The notes under the pieces: generated by a model | What the model was told of the DNA's origin: nothing | Seen by the model: only the letters and a program-made list of their open reading frames with translations | Database searches by the model: none | Shown: positions 8,345 through 17,715 of the stretch, one piece after another | Layout: the number at the start of each line of letters is the position of its first letter | How positions within the stretch are numbered: the stretch's first letter is position 1 | Source: Cyanobacteria bacterium auto_48_18 | GTDB lineage: Bacteria > Cyanobacteriota > Vampirovibrionia > Obscuribacterales > Obscuribacteraceae | DNA length: 64,000 bases | Direction of reading: 5' to 3' | Assembly (NCBI GenBank): GCA_036170915.1 | Contig: JAVHQC010000022.1 | Span: 127,320-191,319 of the forward strand | Program-made: the position numbers and the translations under genes

Positions 8345-10681
8345 TTATAAATAGGTTGGAATTTCGGCCATGACCATGGCTATTTCGCCTCTTAGGCGCC
8401 CCAGCAGATTGCCGCATATGGCCGCATCATTACGTTTAGAGGCTTCCTCTAAACTTTCCAACGTTTCAGTTAATTGCCAGGCACAAACAGTAGCGCAAGC
8501 ACCTTTTAGTGAGTGGGCCGACGCTTTAAGAGCCGCAAAATTTTGCTGCTCAAGACTACTCTCTATGTCATTAAATTCAGACGGCAGTGACTCACAAAAC
8601 ATTTCGAGTATTTTTTTGCGATTTGAGTCGTTAAACCTCTCCATTAATATATGGTGGTTGATAACTTTAACGCCGGATGGTGCTGTTAGCTCAGGCTCAA
8701 TCTGGAAGTCAGAAGCGGCAGTCGCATAGGCTCTGGTGGTAATATGATCTTGCGCCACCGTATCTGGTACTGCTTGCATTGGTGCAACAGTAGTCGGCTT
8801 TGGCTCCGTCCACAAACGTATAACTCGCTCTAGTTCGTCGGCTTCTATTGGCTTCGGCATAAATTCGTCCATGCCGGCGGCCAGGCAGGCTTCGCGATTG
8901 CCCTGTAGAACATTGGCTGTCATTGCAATAACAGGAATTTGCGTTTGCCTTAGCTCCTGGAGTTTCTTGATGATGCGCGCCGCTGCATAGCCGTCTAATT
9001 CAGGCATGTGGCAGTCGAGAAAGACAACATCAAACAGGTCTTTTGTAAATGCTTCCACAGCGTCGACGCCGTTTTCTACAACTTCTACTTCAATATTCAA
9101 ATCTTCGAGCAACAACTTTGCCACTTGTTGGTTGAGTTTATTGTCGTCGGCCACCAGCGCTTTTAATTTGGTATGCCGGTCTGCAGGTGGTGCGTAACTG
9201 CGCACGGCCTGACCACCTTCTTTGCTTCGCCCGTCCTTTCCATCGATTACTTCTTTTGCTTCTTTCCAGTCCTTTAATTCTTGACCGCTCTTTACGTCCT
9301 TCTGTTCATTGCCAGTTTTTTGATTGCCACCAAAATTGAGATAGTACTTGAGTACGTTGCGGCGAATGGGCCTGATAATGCTGGTGGCAGCGCCTTTTGG
9401 CAAAAGATCTTCGGTCTCTTTTTTCTTGTCTCTGCTGGTGACCAAGTATAGTTTTTGCTTCTCATTGTTGTAACCAAAAAATTGTCTTTCATAAATTTCT
9501 AGCGCCAACGAGCTGTTGCGAGCCCCGTCTACAATTACGCTGACAAAACCTTCTTTTCTAGCCTGGGCTATCAGTTGATCAGCTTCGGCGTGGGTGCTGC
9601 AAGCAAATGCCCGGCGTCCTAAAAATTGACAATAACTGACCAGATACTCTCTCAGTTTTTGGTCGCCATCAACAATTATTACCGTAGAATTTTGTCCCGG
9701 CGGTGTTGATATGGACAAACGGTCTTCAGTCGAGACACTTTGATTTGCTGCTGCGAAGCTAATGGTGAAGCTAAAGGTCGAACCGTTATTTATTTCACTG
9801 GCGACTTCAATTGTTCCACCCAGAAGTTCAATCAAGCGCTTCGAAATACTGAGCCCGAGACCGGTGCCGCCGTGCCGGCGACCAATGGAGCCGTCGATTT
9901 GCACAAAAGGTTCAAACAGATTTTCTAGGGAGGCGTTTGCAATACCCATACCTGTGTCAATAATTGAAAATTTGACTTCAAACGCGTCTTCGTTCGATTC
10001 TTGCAATGTCGCTTCAATGGCAACACTGCCTTTGTCTGTAAATTTGATGCCGTTGCCGCCCAAATTGAGCAGCACCTGGCGCAGCCTGAGCGGGTCTCCA
10101 ATCAGCATTGCAGGAATGCGCGGGTCAATGAAAGTAGAGAGCAAAAGTTCTTTACTGTCGGCTTGCGGCGCTAAAATTTCGCCCACTCCTTCAATTAAAC
10201 CTGTAAGTTCAAAGTCGCAATTGGTGATTTCGAGTCGTCCCGATTCGATTTTTGAAAAATCAAGAATGTCTGTGAGAATACTGAGCAGCGATTTGCCCGC
10301 TTCTTTGACCAGTAAAGCGTATTCTCTGGCACTGGGAGTCAATTCAGTACGTAGTAATATCTCGAGCATACCAAGCATGCCATTGAGAGGTGTGCGAATT
10401 TCGTGGCTCATATTAGCTACAAATTCTGATTTTAATTTTGAAGCAGCTTGAGCCTGGTCACGAGCTTCAATTAGCTCTTCTACTAATTTTTTTGAATTGC
10501 TGTCACCATCAGAATTAGTGCGAGCATGGTGTTCGTCTTCAGCCACAGTAATCAGCTGTTCAATAATCGATTGCACTTTCGAGCGAGTTTTTCCGTCGCC
10601 AATTTCATTTAGCGTTGTCCAGATTGGTCCGCGTATTAAGCTCTCCAGTTTTTGCGAAAAATCTTCCATACTCACCACCAA
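8345..10681 (-). CDS. Hybrid histidine kinase (HisKA-HATPase-degenerate REC-REC-Hpt) with no sensor domain
   Basis: [32 protein letters not shown]. Confidence 0.92.
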   Translation of the reverse strand: MVVSMEDFSQKLESLIRGPIWTTLNEIGDGKTRSKVQSIIEQLITVAEDEHHARTNSDGDSNSKKLVEELIEARDQAQAASKLKSEFVANMSHEIRTPLNGMLGMLEILLRTELTPSAREYALLVKEAGKSLLSILTDILDFSKIESGRLEITNCDFELTGLIEGVGEILAPQADSKELLLSTFIDPRIPAMLIGDPLRLRQVLLNLGGNGIKFTDKGSVAIEATLQESNEDAFEVKFSIIDTGMGIANASLENLFEPFVQIDGSIGRRHGGTGLGLSISKRLIELLGGTIEVASEINNGSTFSFTISFAAANQSVSTEDRLSISTPPGQNSTVIIVDGDQKLREYLVSYCQFLGRRAFACSTHAEADQLIAQARKEGFVSVIVDGARNSSLALEIYERQFFGYNNEKQKLYLVTSRDKKKETEDLLPKGAATSIIRPIRRNVLKYYLNFGGNQKTGNEQKDVKSGQELKDWKEAKEVIDGKDGRSKEGGQAVRSYAPPADRHTKLKALVADDNKLNQQVAKLLLEDLNIEVEVVENGVDAVEAFTKDLFDVVFLDCHMPELDGYAAARIIKKLQELRQTQIPVIAMTANVLQGNREACLAAGMDEFMPKPIEADELERVIRLWTEPKPTTVAPMQAVPDTVAQDHITTRAYATAASDFQIEPELTAPSGVKVINHHILMERFNDSNRKKILEMFCESLPSEFNDIESSLEQQNFAALKASAHSLKGACATVCAWQLTETLESLEEASKRNDAAICGNLLGRLRGEIAMVMAEIPTYL

Positions 10682-10691
10682 CGATAGTTGA

Positions 10692-12047
10692 CTAGTCAGA
10701 GACTTTAGCAGCGGGGCTTTTGCACAAGGCTTCCCGCATTTCTGCCGCGCTTTGAAAACGCTCGTCAGGATCTTTTCTCAACGCTTTGTAAATCACTTCT
10801 ACAACTTCTTTCGATAAGCTCACGCCAGGTTGGAAAAATGGCAATTGCGACGGGTAGTCATTAACGTGCTGACGCACAAGGTCATAAAAACTGTCACCTT
10901 GAAAGATAGCTTTGCCTGTGAACGACTCGTACATAACGCATCCGAGGGCATAAATGTCACTGCGCGCATCTAAAACTTTACCCGTGCACTGCTCGGGGCT
11001 CATATAGCGCGGAGTGCCCACCACCTCGCCAGTGTTAGTCAGTTTAAGTTTTTCGCGTTCGAAAGCGGGATTTTTGGCAATGCCGAAATCAACGATTTTT
11101 ACGCCCAGTTGCGGCTCTAGCGATACGAGCACGTTGCTCGGTTTAATATCTCTGTGCACAATGCCCGCTCTATGGACGACACTGAGACCGTCAAGCACCT
11201 GACTGAACAGAGCGATGCCCATTTCGGCATCGAGGGGGCCGTTTTCTATCAGATAATTTTCCAGGCTCTGGCCTGAATGAAAATCCATAACCATAAAAGG
11301 TTCTTGCCTGGCAGTCACGCCAAAATCAAAAACCGAAACTAAATTGGGGTGCGAGAGCTGGCTTAAAGTTTGCGCCTCGCTCTGGAAGCGCCCCACCACC
11401 TGGTCGTCTGCAGCATACTCAGGATGCAGCATTTTAATGGCCACTGCCCGGTTCATGAGCACGTGCCGCCCGCGATAAACAATTCCCATGCCGCCCTGGC
11501 CCAGCACTCCTTCAATGGCATAACGATCGCCAATGATTGTTTTCCCACCATCATAATTTTGCAATGTTGAAGGTTTGCCCGTGGTCGTCTGCTGTGAACT
11601 GACAATAGCTGCCTGATTGCGGCTGCTCTGCACGCGCAGAAGACGATTGGCGATGCCGGGGTCTAACCATGTAGCTCCTGATGTAACGGCTTTGATGGCG
11701 GCATAAAGGTGTTCACCGGCCACGGTTTTTAAACAATAGCCGTCGGCGCCCACCTCGAGAGCTTCTTGAATATGCTCGTCGTCCACGCTGGCCGTGAACA
11801 TAATGATGCGCGTGTTCGGTAGCGCTTGTTTAATTTCTTTAGCCGCGCGAATGCCGTCGACTTTAGGCAGACCAATGTCCATCAAAATGACATTAGGCTT
11901 TACCGCCAGCGCTTGTAAAATGGCGGTGACCCCGTCGCCGCATTCAGCGGTGACCTTCAAATCAGGATAGGCCTCGAGCGCGCACTTCAAGCCAAAGCGC
12001 GTTATTGCCTGGTCCTCAGCTATCAGCACGGTAATCGTTTTGTCCAC
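10692..12047 (-). CDS. NarL-type receiver domain fused to a Ser/Thr kinase
   Basis: IAEDQ...LMDIGLP...ADGYCLK...WLDP followed by GQGGMG, HRDIKPSN, DFG, YMSPEQ. Confidence 0.92.
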   Translation of the reverse strand: MDKTITVLIAEDQAITRFGLKCALEAYPDLKVTAECGDGVTAILQALAVKPNVILMDIGLPKVDGIRAAKEIKQALPNTRIIMFTASVDDEHIQEALEVGADGYCLKTVAGEHLYAAIKAVTSGATWLDPGIANRLLRVQSSRNQAAIVSSQQTTTGKPSTLQNYDGGKTIIGDRYAIEGVLGQGGMGIVYRGRHVLMNRAVAIKMLHPEYAADDQVVGRFQSEAQTLSQLSHPNLVSVFDFGVTARQEPFMVMDFHSGQSLENYLIENGPLDAEMGIALFSQVLDGLSVVHRAGIVHRDIKPSNVLVSLEPQLGVKIVDFGIAKNPAFEREKLKLTNTGEVVGTPRYMSPEQCTGKVLDARSDIYALGCVMYESFTGKAIFQGDSFYDLVRQHVNDYPSQLPFFQPGVSLSKEVVEVIYKALRKDPDERFQSAAEMREALCKSPAAKVSD

Positions 12048-12111
12048 TATTTTGAATACTACTGGTCCAGAGTTTTAAGTAAGATAAGCTAGTCCTTTAT
12101 TACTATTCCAC

Positions 12112-13398
12112 GTGCGTTCAATGTCTAATATGCAGTCTTTCAGACAATTGTTGCCGGCTGCAAGCCTTGATGCGGCACAAGAATGGCGCCTACAAAGCGA
12201 TCTTCTCAATAATCACCTGGCTTTGCAAGGCAACAATCCCGGCTGGTATTGCCGGTCTTTTAACCCTTATCCATTTGCTGTAAATGCAGACCACTACAGA
12301 CTTCAACAGGCTTTGCAGAAGGCTTTGCATAAAGCAATAAAATTGCTTGTACAAAACTATTTTATTGATCGACGATTGCAACAATTGATTAATCTGCCCG
12401 AGTCAGCCACTGAACTTTTACAGTTAATCGTGGCCAGAGAGCCCGAATATGCCGTGGGCAGCTATCGACCAGATTTTTTGCATGCTCTGGACGACAATAT
12501 CCAGATATGTGAAATTAACGCTCGTTTTCCCGTGAACGGATATTTTATTAGCCATTATTTGCATCAGGCGACTCGCGAACTTTGTCGCCTAGAAGGCCAT
12601 GCAGATGGAATTGGCCGAACAATGGATCAAATGCTCAATTGTTTTATAAGTCGCTTTGCCCCCGGCTCTAAAGTCTCTCTATGGAAGGGCCGCGAGCGAG
12701 GTTGGGATATTCATTTTTTCAATTATGAGCTCAAGCGACTGGGCTATGAAATCGTGCCCGTGGCGGGTGGGCCCAGTGGGTTGGTATTGGAACTGCACCA
12801 GGATGAAATTCTTAGCCCCGTTGCCTGCAGGCGTGTGGCTGAGCTTGTTATGACCATACCGCAGCGCTTCTGGTTAAACGATTTGCGCACTATTTTTTTG
12901 ATTCATGACAAACGATTTCTTGCCCTTTTCCGACGCTTTGACATACTTGCCGATTATCTCGAAGCTGAGCAGATCGAATTGCTTACGAAGCATGTAGCAC
13001 CCACGTATGTGCTCTCACAGGCAATGCCACAGGTGGAAGAGGCCCTGGAGGACCCCAAAGCATGGCTGCTCAAGCCAAATTTGCTGGGTAAGGGTGAAGG
13101 AATTTTGTTTGGTGGCAAGGTATCAGCGAAACAATGGCGAGATGCTCTAACCGACCCGGCTCATCAAGATTATGTTTTGCAAAAATTAGTAGTACAAAAG
13201 CGTTTTCCAATTTTGCACCAGCTTTTGCCGCCACACACGCAAGAGAGCGCTCCCGAAAGTATAGAAATGAACGTTGTGGGTACATTGCTCTGTCTCGATG
13301 ACAATTTTTTTGGCCCCGGAATTTATCGTGCATCTTCAGGTGATATCGTTAATGTGTCCGGAGGCGGCACTATTCTTTATCCTGTTGTTTCCTCATGA
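12112..13398 (+). CDS. ATP-grasp-like ligase (glutathionylspermidine synthase / circularly permuted ATP-grasp-like)
   Basis: YRPDFL, CEINAR, HDKR, WLLKP...GKGEGILFG, YVLQ, NVSGGG. Confidence 0.7.
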   Translation: MRSMSNMQSFRQLLPAASLDAAQEWRLQSDLLNNHLALQGNNPGWYCRSFNPYPFAVNADHYRLQQALQKALHKAIKLLVQNYFIDRRLQQLINLPESATELLQLIVAREPEYAVGSYRPDFLHALDDNIQICEINARFPVNGYFISHYLHQATRELCRLEGHADGIGRTMDQMLNCFISRFAPGSKVSLWKGRERGWDIHFFNYELKRLGYEIVPVAGGPSGLVLELHQDEILSPVACRRVAELVMTIPQRFWLNDLRTIFLIHDKRFLALFRRFDILADYLEAEQIELLTKHVAPTYVLSQAMPQVEEALEDPKAWLLKPNLLGKGEGILFGGKVSAKQWRDALTDPAHQDYVLQKLVVQKRFPILHQLLPPHTQESAPESIEMNVVGTLLCLDDNFFGPGIYRASSGDIVNVSGGGTILYPVVSS

Positions 13399-13408
13399 GT
13401 AATTAATC

Positions 13409-14656
13409 ATGCCCTGCCGTCTCTACAGCAAAGACGAAATTTTTCAACTGGCGAAAGAGCACAGCTTTTATCGCGAGAGGCTGCTAGGCGTGCAAGATTT
13501 TGCCCAAATACCCAGTACTGGTAAGGGCGAACTTTATCATCTGATAGCCGCAGCTCAGGCCGATTCTTCTTTTCAAAAAGGCATTTACTGGAGCCCCACT
13601 GGTGGTAGCACCAATCAACTTTTGTTTTATCCTACCGCCATTGACGAGAATCAATTTCAAAGGCAAAAGCTCTTGCCGTACTTGCGCCACACTGAGATAT
13701 TTTCGCCCAATATGGTGGCGCTAAATTTGTTTGGCAGCACCATGATGTATCGTTCCGCCGAAATTTTCAATTATTTTTGTGAGCACGCCGGTGCCACCAC
13801 TTTGCCGGTGTCGTCTCACTGTCCTGATGCAAGCGCGCTAGAAATAGCCTTGAGGTTTGGGGCCAACACGCTTATGGGCAACACTTCTAGGCTGTTGCAA
13901 TTTGCTCGATACGTTGAGTCGGTTAAACAGCATTTTGATGATTATGAAATCATATTTGACCACATAATTTTTGGCGGCGAGGCTATGCCTGCGCACAAAA
14001 TGGAATATTTGCGGCAAGTACTGGGCAGCGAAAAATTCAGCGGCATTTTCGGCTCAGCCGAAAGCGGCATCTGGGCATTCAAACCGAATGCATTGCCTCA
14101 AGGTGTTTATTTCTATGCGCGACAATTGATGCATCTAGAAATTGTTGAACCTGATAGTGATGGCTATGGTCGCATGGTTTTAACCAATCTAGTGCGCGGG
14201 CGTAACCCTCTTGTACGTTACGATTGCGGCGACCGCGCCAGGTTTTGCCAGGCTCCAGACACTTGCGGCTTCAGTGAAAATGATAGCCTCGGAGCCTTCG
14301 AACTGGCCGGGCGAGTGGAAGGCTCGTTTCAGCTGGGTGGCGAATACTATTATTTGAGTGAGTTTACAGATCTGCTAGGAGAGAACAAAGATTTGCTGCT
14401 CGATTATCAAGTAGAATTGACTTGTGACCCTGTGAAAAAGCTTGATCAGGCGCGTTTCTTAGTGGTATCTCAGCCATCCGGTAAGGGCGAAGGTAAGCGT
14501 CAAGCCGACAGGCAGTTGATTAAAAATGCAGTGGAAACCTGGATTCACCCTGACGACAATCTATTTTTATTGTCTGTAGAATTTGTGGAGATGGATAAAC
14601 TGACCCGCAGTTCTACGGCGCAAAAGGTTGTAAGAATCAATGACTTGAGGTCTTGA
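13409..14656 (+). CDS. Phenylacetate-CoA ligase (PaaK)-like adenylate-forming enzyme
   Basis: SPTGGST loop, FGGE, FGSAE, TNL.R..PLVRYDCGD, GR. Confidence 0.8.
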   Translation: MPCRLYSKDEIFQLAKEHSFYRERLLGVQDFAQIPSTGKGELYHLIAAAQADSSFQKGIYWSPTGGSTNQLLFYPTAIDENQFQRQKLLPYLRHTEIFSPNMVALNLFGSTMMYRSAEIFNYFCEHAGATTLPVSSHCPDASALEIALRFGANTLMGNTSRLLQFARYVESVKQHFDDYEIIFDHIIFGGEAMPAHKMEYLRQVLGSEKFSGIFGSAESGIWAFKPNALPQGVYFYARQLMHLEIVEPDSDGYGRMVLTNLVRGRNPLVRYDCGDRARFCQAPDTCGFSENDSLGAFELAGRVEGSFQLGGEYYYLSEFTDLLGENKDLLLDYQVELTCDPVKKLDQARFLVVSQPSGKGEGKRQADRQLIKNAVETWIHPDDNLFLLSVEFVEMDKLTRSSTAQKVVRINDLRS

Positions 14657-15414
14657 GAACAGTGTCGATTGAGATAGTGAAAGCGCCGGCGGCAAAGTTT
14701 AGTCTTGCTCCTGGCCAGGCATTTGATTTAAGTGCCTATGGTGAGGCGCTGTCAGCCTGCGGTTACGCTGAAATTGCCCTTGCTTTTGCCGACAAGGGTG
14801 AGGTTTTGCTCAAACTGGTCAATCAACTGGGTGCCGCTCACAGTCATGACCAGAGCGGTCGCCAGGTTTGGGACGTCAAATATGATTCGACTATCGACCA
14901 ACAGACTGGCACAAGGTCGCACACGCTGCGTGAATTTAGTATGCATACAGACGCCAGCTTCGAAGTGCCGCCGCCTCAATATGTGGCACTATATGTGGTG
15001 CAAGAAGACAGGTATGGTGGCGGCATTACCCAGCTGCTAGACAGCAAGAATTTGTGGCCGGCTCTTTCGCTTGAAAGCAAAGAGATTTTGAGCAACACTT
15101 TGTTTACTCTCACCGTGCCTGCCGAATTTCGTCAGTCTGCAAACGAAGAAACCGTCTCTGTGCCGCTGCTTGACGCGTTGGGCAATTTTCGTTTTCGCCA
15201 TGAGCTTTTAGTGCTCGAAAAATTGAGCCCCATACAGTTAAAAGCTGTGGCCGAACTGCAGCAGCTGCTGACTAATGAACAGTGGTATCTATCTTTTAGC
15301 TTGCCACGTCACACCATTTTATTGATTGATAACGGACGCATGTTTCACGCGCGCACACGTGTACTAGACAGAGAGCGACATTTGTTGCGTATGCGTTTTG
15401 ACTGCCTGGCGTAA
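14653..15414 (+). CDS. TauD/TfdA-family Fe(II)/2-oxoglutarate dioxygenase
   Basis: HTD facial-triad motif, GGGIT, DNGRMFHAR...RHLLR. Confidence 0.88.
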   Translation: MRTVSIEIVKAPAAKFSLAPGQAFDLSAYGEALSACGYAEIALAFADKGEVLLKLVNQLGAAHSHDQSGRQVWDVKYDSTIDQQTGTRSHTLREFSMHTDASFEVPPPQYVALYVVQEDRYGGGITQLLDSKNLWPALSLESKEILSNTLFTLTVPAEFRQSANEETVSVPLLDALGNFRFRHELLVLEKLSPIQLKAVAELQQLLTNEQWYLSFSLPRHTILLIDNGRMFHARTRVLDRERHLLRMRFDCLA

Positions 15415-15429
15415 TCAATTATGTTGAAA

Positions 15430-16524
15430 TTAGCTGTGCTCATGACGATGATGTAAATCGGGATAGTGCACATGACTATGCTCTAGAACTTCGTGGCTAT
15501 GCTTGTGACTGTGGCTTGCTTCGCCGTCTATATCACCCACAGGCTCGTCTTCTGGCGAGTGGGCATGCCTGTGGTGAATGTCGTGTATGTGTTCGTGCTC
15601 GTGTTCTAAATATTCATGATGATGCCAGTGCTCATGGTGTTCGCTGATGTGCAAATAGACGCCCGCTGCCATTAACACTGCTGCAATCAGAAGACCTGGA
15701 CCCACGGGGTCGTGCAATAAGATAATGGACAGCATGGCCCCTATAAAAGGAGCTGTGGCAAAATAAGCGCTGCTGCGGGCACTGCCTAAATAGCGCAGAG
15801 CCAGCACATAGAGCACAAGGCTTACGCCGTAACCGAGAAAACCTACTGTCATGGCCGCCATAATTACAGGCCAAGCCGGCAGCGCCTGATGCAAGATCAT
15901 TGCTAAAGTGAAATTGACGCAACCAGCGGCCAACCCCTTAATCAGAGCAATCTGGCTCGGCTCAAGACCTGCCACCTGCCGCGTTATATTATTATCTATA
16001 GCCCAGCAGAGGCAGGCCAGAGCCACAAAAATGCTGCCGAAGTTAAAAGCAATGCCAGAGGCACCGCTACTATTATTGAAAGAAAGCATGGCACCACCAG
16101 CGGTGATGGCAATGACGCCGAGTATTAGACGGTTATCGAAATTTTCGCGTAGAAAAATCCAGGCAATAACTGCGGTGAATGCGGTCTCTAAATTAAGTAG
16201 CAGTGAGGCACTGGTGCCATTGCACTGTTGCAAACCAGTCATGAGCAGCACTGGCGCCGCGATTCCACCAGTTGCTACTATCAAAGCAAGATAAGGCAAG
16301 TCACGTTTTTTAATAGCAGCACCGTTGCTTTTATTTTTACTTGCGCCCAGGCGCTTTAGCAAAGCTATAAGACTAAAGCTGATGCCACTGCCCAGATAAA
16401 AGAGTGCTGCCAGTAAAATGGCGTCTACCTTGCCTGTAAGCAGCTTTGCCAGCGGTGTACTGGCGCCGAAAAGTGCTGCTGCTGCTCCCGCCAGTAAAAC
16501 TCCTCTGACTTTATCGGAAAGCAC
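15430..16524 (-). CDS. DMT/EamA-family transporter with His-rich C-terminal tail
   Basis: About 10 TM segments, ASLLLNLE, WAIDNN; HEH/HSH tail ending HYPDLHHRHEH. Confidence 0.9.
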   Translation of the reverse strand: MLSDKVRGVLLAGAAAALFGASTPLAKLLTGKVDAILLAALFYLGSGISFSLIALLKRLGASKNKSNGAAIKKRDLPYLALIVATGGIAAPVLLMTGLQQCNGTSASLLLNLETAFTAVIAWIFLRENFDNRLILGVIAITAGGAMLSFNNSSGASGIAFNFGSIFVALACLCWAIDNNITRQVAGLEPSQIALIKGLAAGCVNFTLAMILHQALPAWPVIMAAMTVGFLGYGVSLVLYVLALRYLGSARSSAYFATAPFIGAMLSIILLHDPVGPGLLIAAVLMAAGVYLHISEHHEHWHHHEYLEHEHEHIHDIHHRHAHSPEDEPVGDIDGEASHSHKHSHEVLEHSHVHYPDLHHRHEHS

Positions 16525-16548
16525 AATTTTCTCCCCAATAGATTCAGC

Positions 16549-17670
16549 CTAAATGCCGATGCCCTGACCACCAGTGCTGATCACGTAAATAAGAAGCACA
16601 GTCGCTGCCAGAAGTAATATCGTCGCCACCACAATAGCCACAATTACGACTTTAGGCATACCGGACGATTGCGCATTTTCTTCTTCAGAGTCGTCATCGT
16701 AATCTTGATCGTCTTCATAAAGATCGGCTTTGGGTTTGTGATAAGCGTATGGCACAGCCAGCGGTTTGCCGGCTTTCACTGCCTGTAAATCTCGGGCCAG
16801 TTCAGTCAATGATTGATAACGATCTTCTTTTTCTTTCTCTAAAAGCCTGGCAACAACCACTTCGATTCCTTCAGGAAAATCTTTGCCTAATGATGCTTCG
16901 CGCAATTTCAGCGGAATTTCTTTCTGGTGCTTAACCATGGTAATCAGTGCGCTGTCGCCCATGAATGGCGGCGCACCGGTGAGCGTTTCATACAGGGCGC
17001 AACCGACTGAATAAATGTCAGAACGCGGATCGACTTCAGCGCCGCGGCACTGCTCGGGGCTCATATAAAGAGGGCTGCCGAAAATTGCACCGGTGTTTGT
17101 GGTGGCAGCGCAGTCTTGTCCAGTGGGCGTGGCCAGTTTCGCAATACCAAAATCGAGAATTTTGACAGTTGGTTTAGTGGCACCTTTGTCATAGGTCAAC
17201 ATAATATTGGCCGGTTTAATATCGCGATGCACAAAGCCGCGCTCATGAGCGAAATTAAGACCATCGGCAATCTGGCCAAAAATTTCCAGCGCCTCATTCA
17301 ATGATATTGTCGCTTGCCTTTTAAGCAGATCTGCCATCGACTCGCCTTCTAGCAAATCCATGACGTAATAAGGATATTTGCCATCGGCAATGCCCAGGTC
17401 ATAAATTTTGACCATGTTTTTGTGCTCAAGTTTGGCCACCGACTTGGCTTCCATTTGAAAGCGCGCCCAGCTCTCTTTGGTTACTTCGTCTGGTGGAATG
17501 GTCTTGAGGGCAAATTCGCGATTAAGAAAGGCGTGATGCACGCGGTAAACGGCGCCCATACCACCATGCCCAATCTGACTGATAATGCGATAAGAGCCGG
17601 CAAAAGTGTCACCCTCTTTGATTGTAAGGAGGTTACTGCTCTTCGGCCGCTGAAACTTGTGCTCTGGCAT
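16549..17670 (-). CDS. Ser/Thr kinase with C-terminal TM anchor and no ectodomain
   Basis: GHGGMG, HRDIKPAN, DFG, YMSPEQ; terminal hydrophobic helix. Confidence 0.92.
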   Translation of the reverse strand: MPEHKFQRPKSSNLLTIKEGDTFAGSYRIISQIGHGGMGAVYRVHHAFLNREFALKTIPPDEVTKESWARFQMEAKSVAKLEHKNMVKIYDLGIADGKYPYYVMDLLEGESMADLLKRQATISLNEALEIFGQIADGLNFAHERGFVHRDIKPANIMLTYDKGATKPTVKILDFGIAKLATPTGQDCAATTNTGAIFGSPLYMSPEQCRGAEVDPRSDIYSVGCALYETLTGAPPFMGDSALITMVKHQKEIPLKLREASLGKDFPEGIEVVVARLLEKEKEDRYQSLTELARDLQAVKAGKPLAVPYAYHKPKADLYEDDQDYDDDSEEENAQSSGMPKVVIVAIVVATILLLAATVLLIYVISTGGQGIGI

Positions 17671-17715
17671 TCATTAACTCTGACAATGACTTTACTATTT
17701 TATGCGCTTTTGAAC

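Noticed and set aside
8271..8417. Extended patatin N-terminus from the ORF track
   Set aside because: Overlaps the kinase 3' end; the RBS and signal peptide support ATG 8270.
9762..10451. 229-aa plus-strand ORF
   Set aside because: Antisense shadow of the histidine kinase core.
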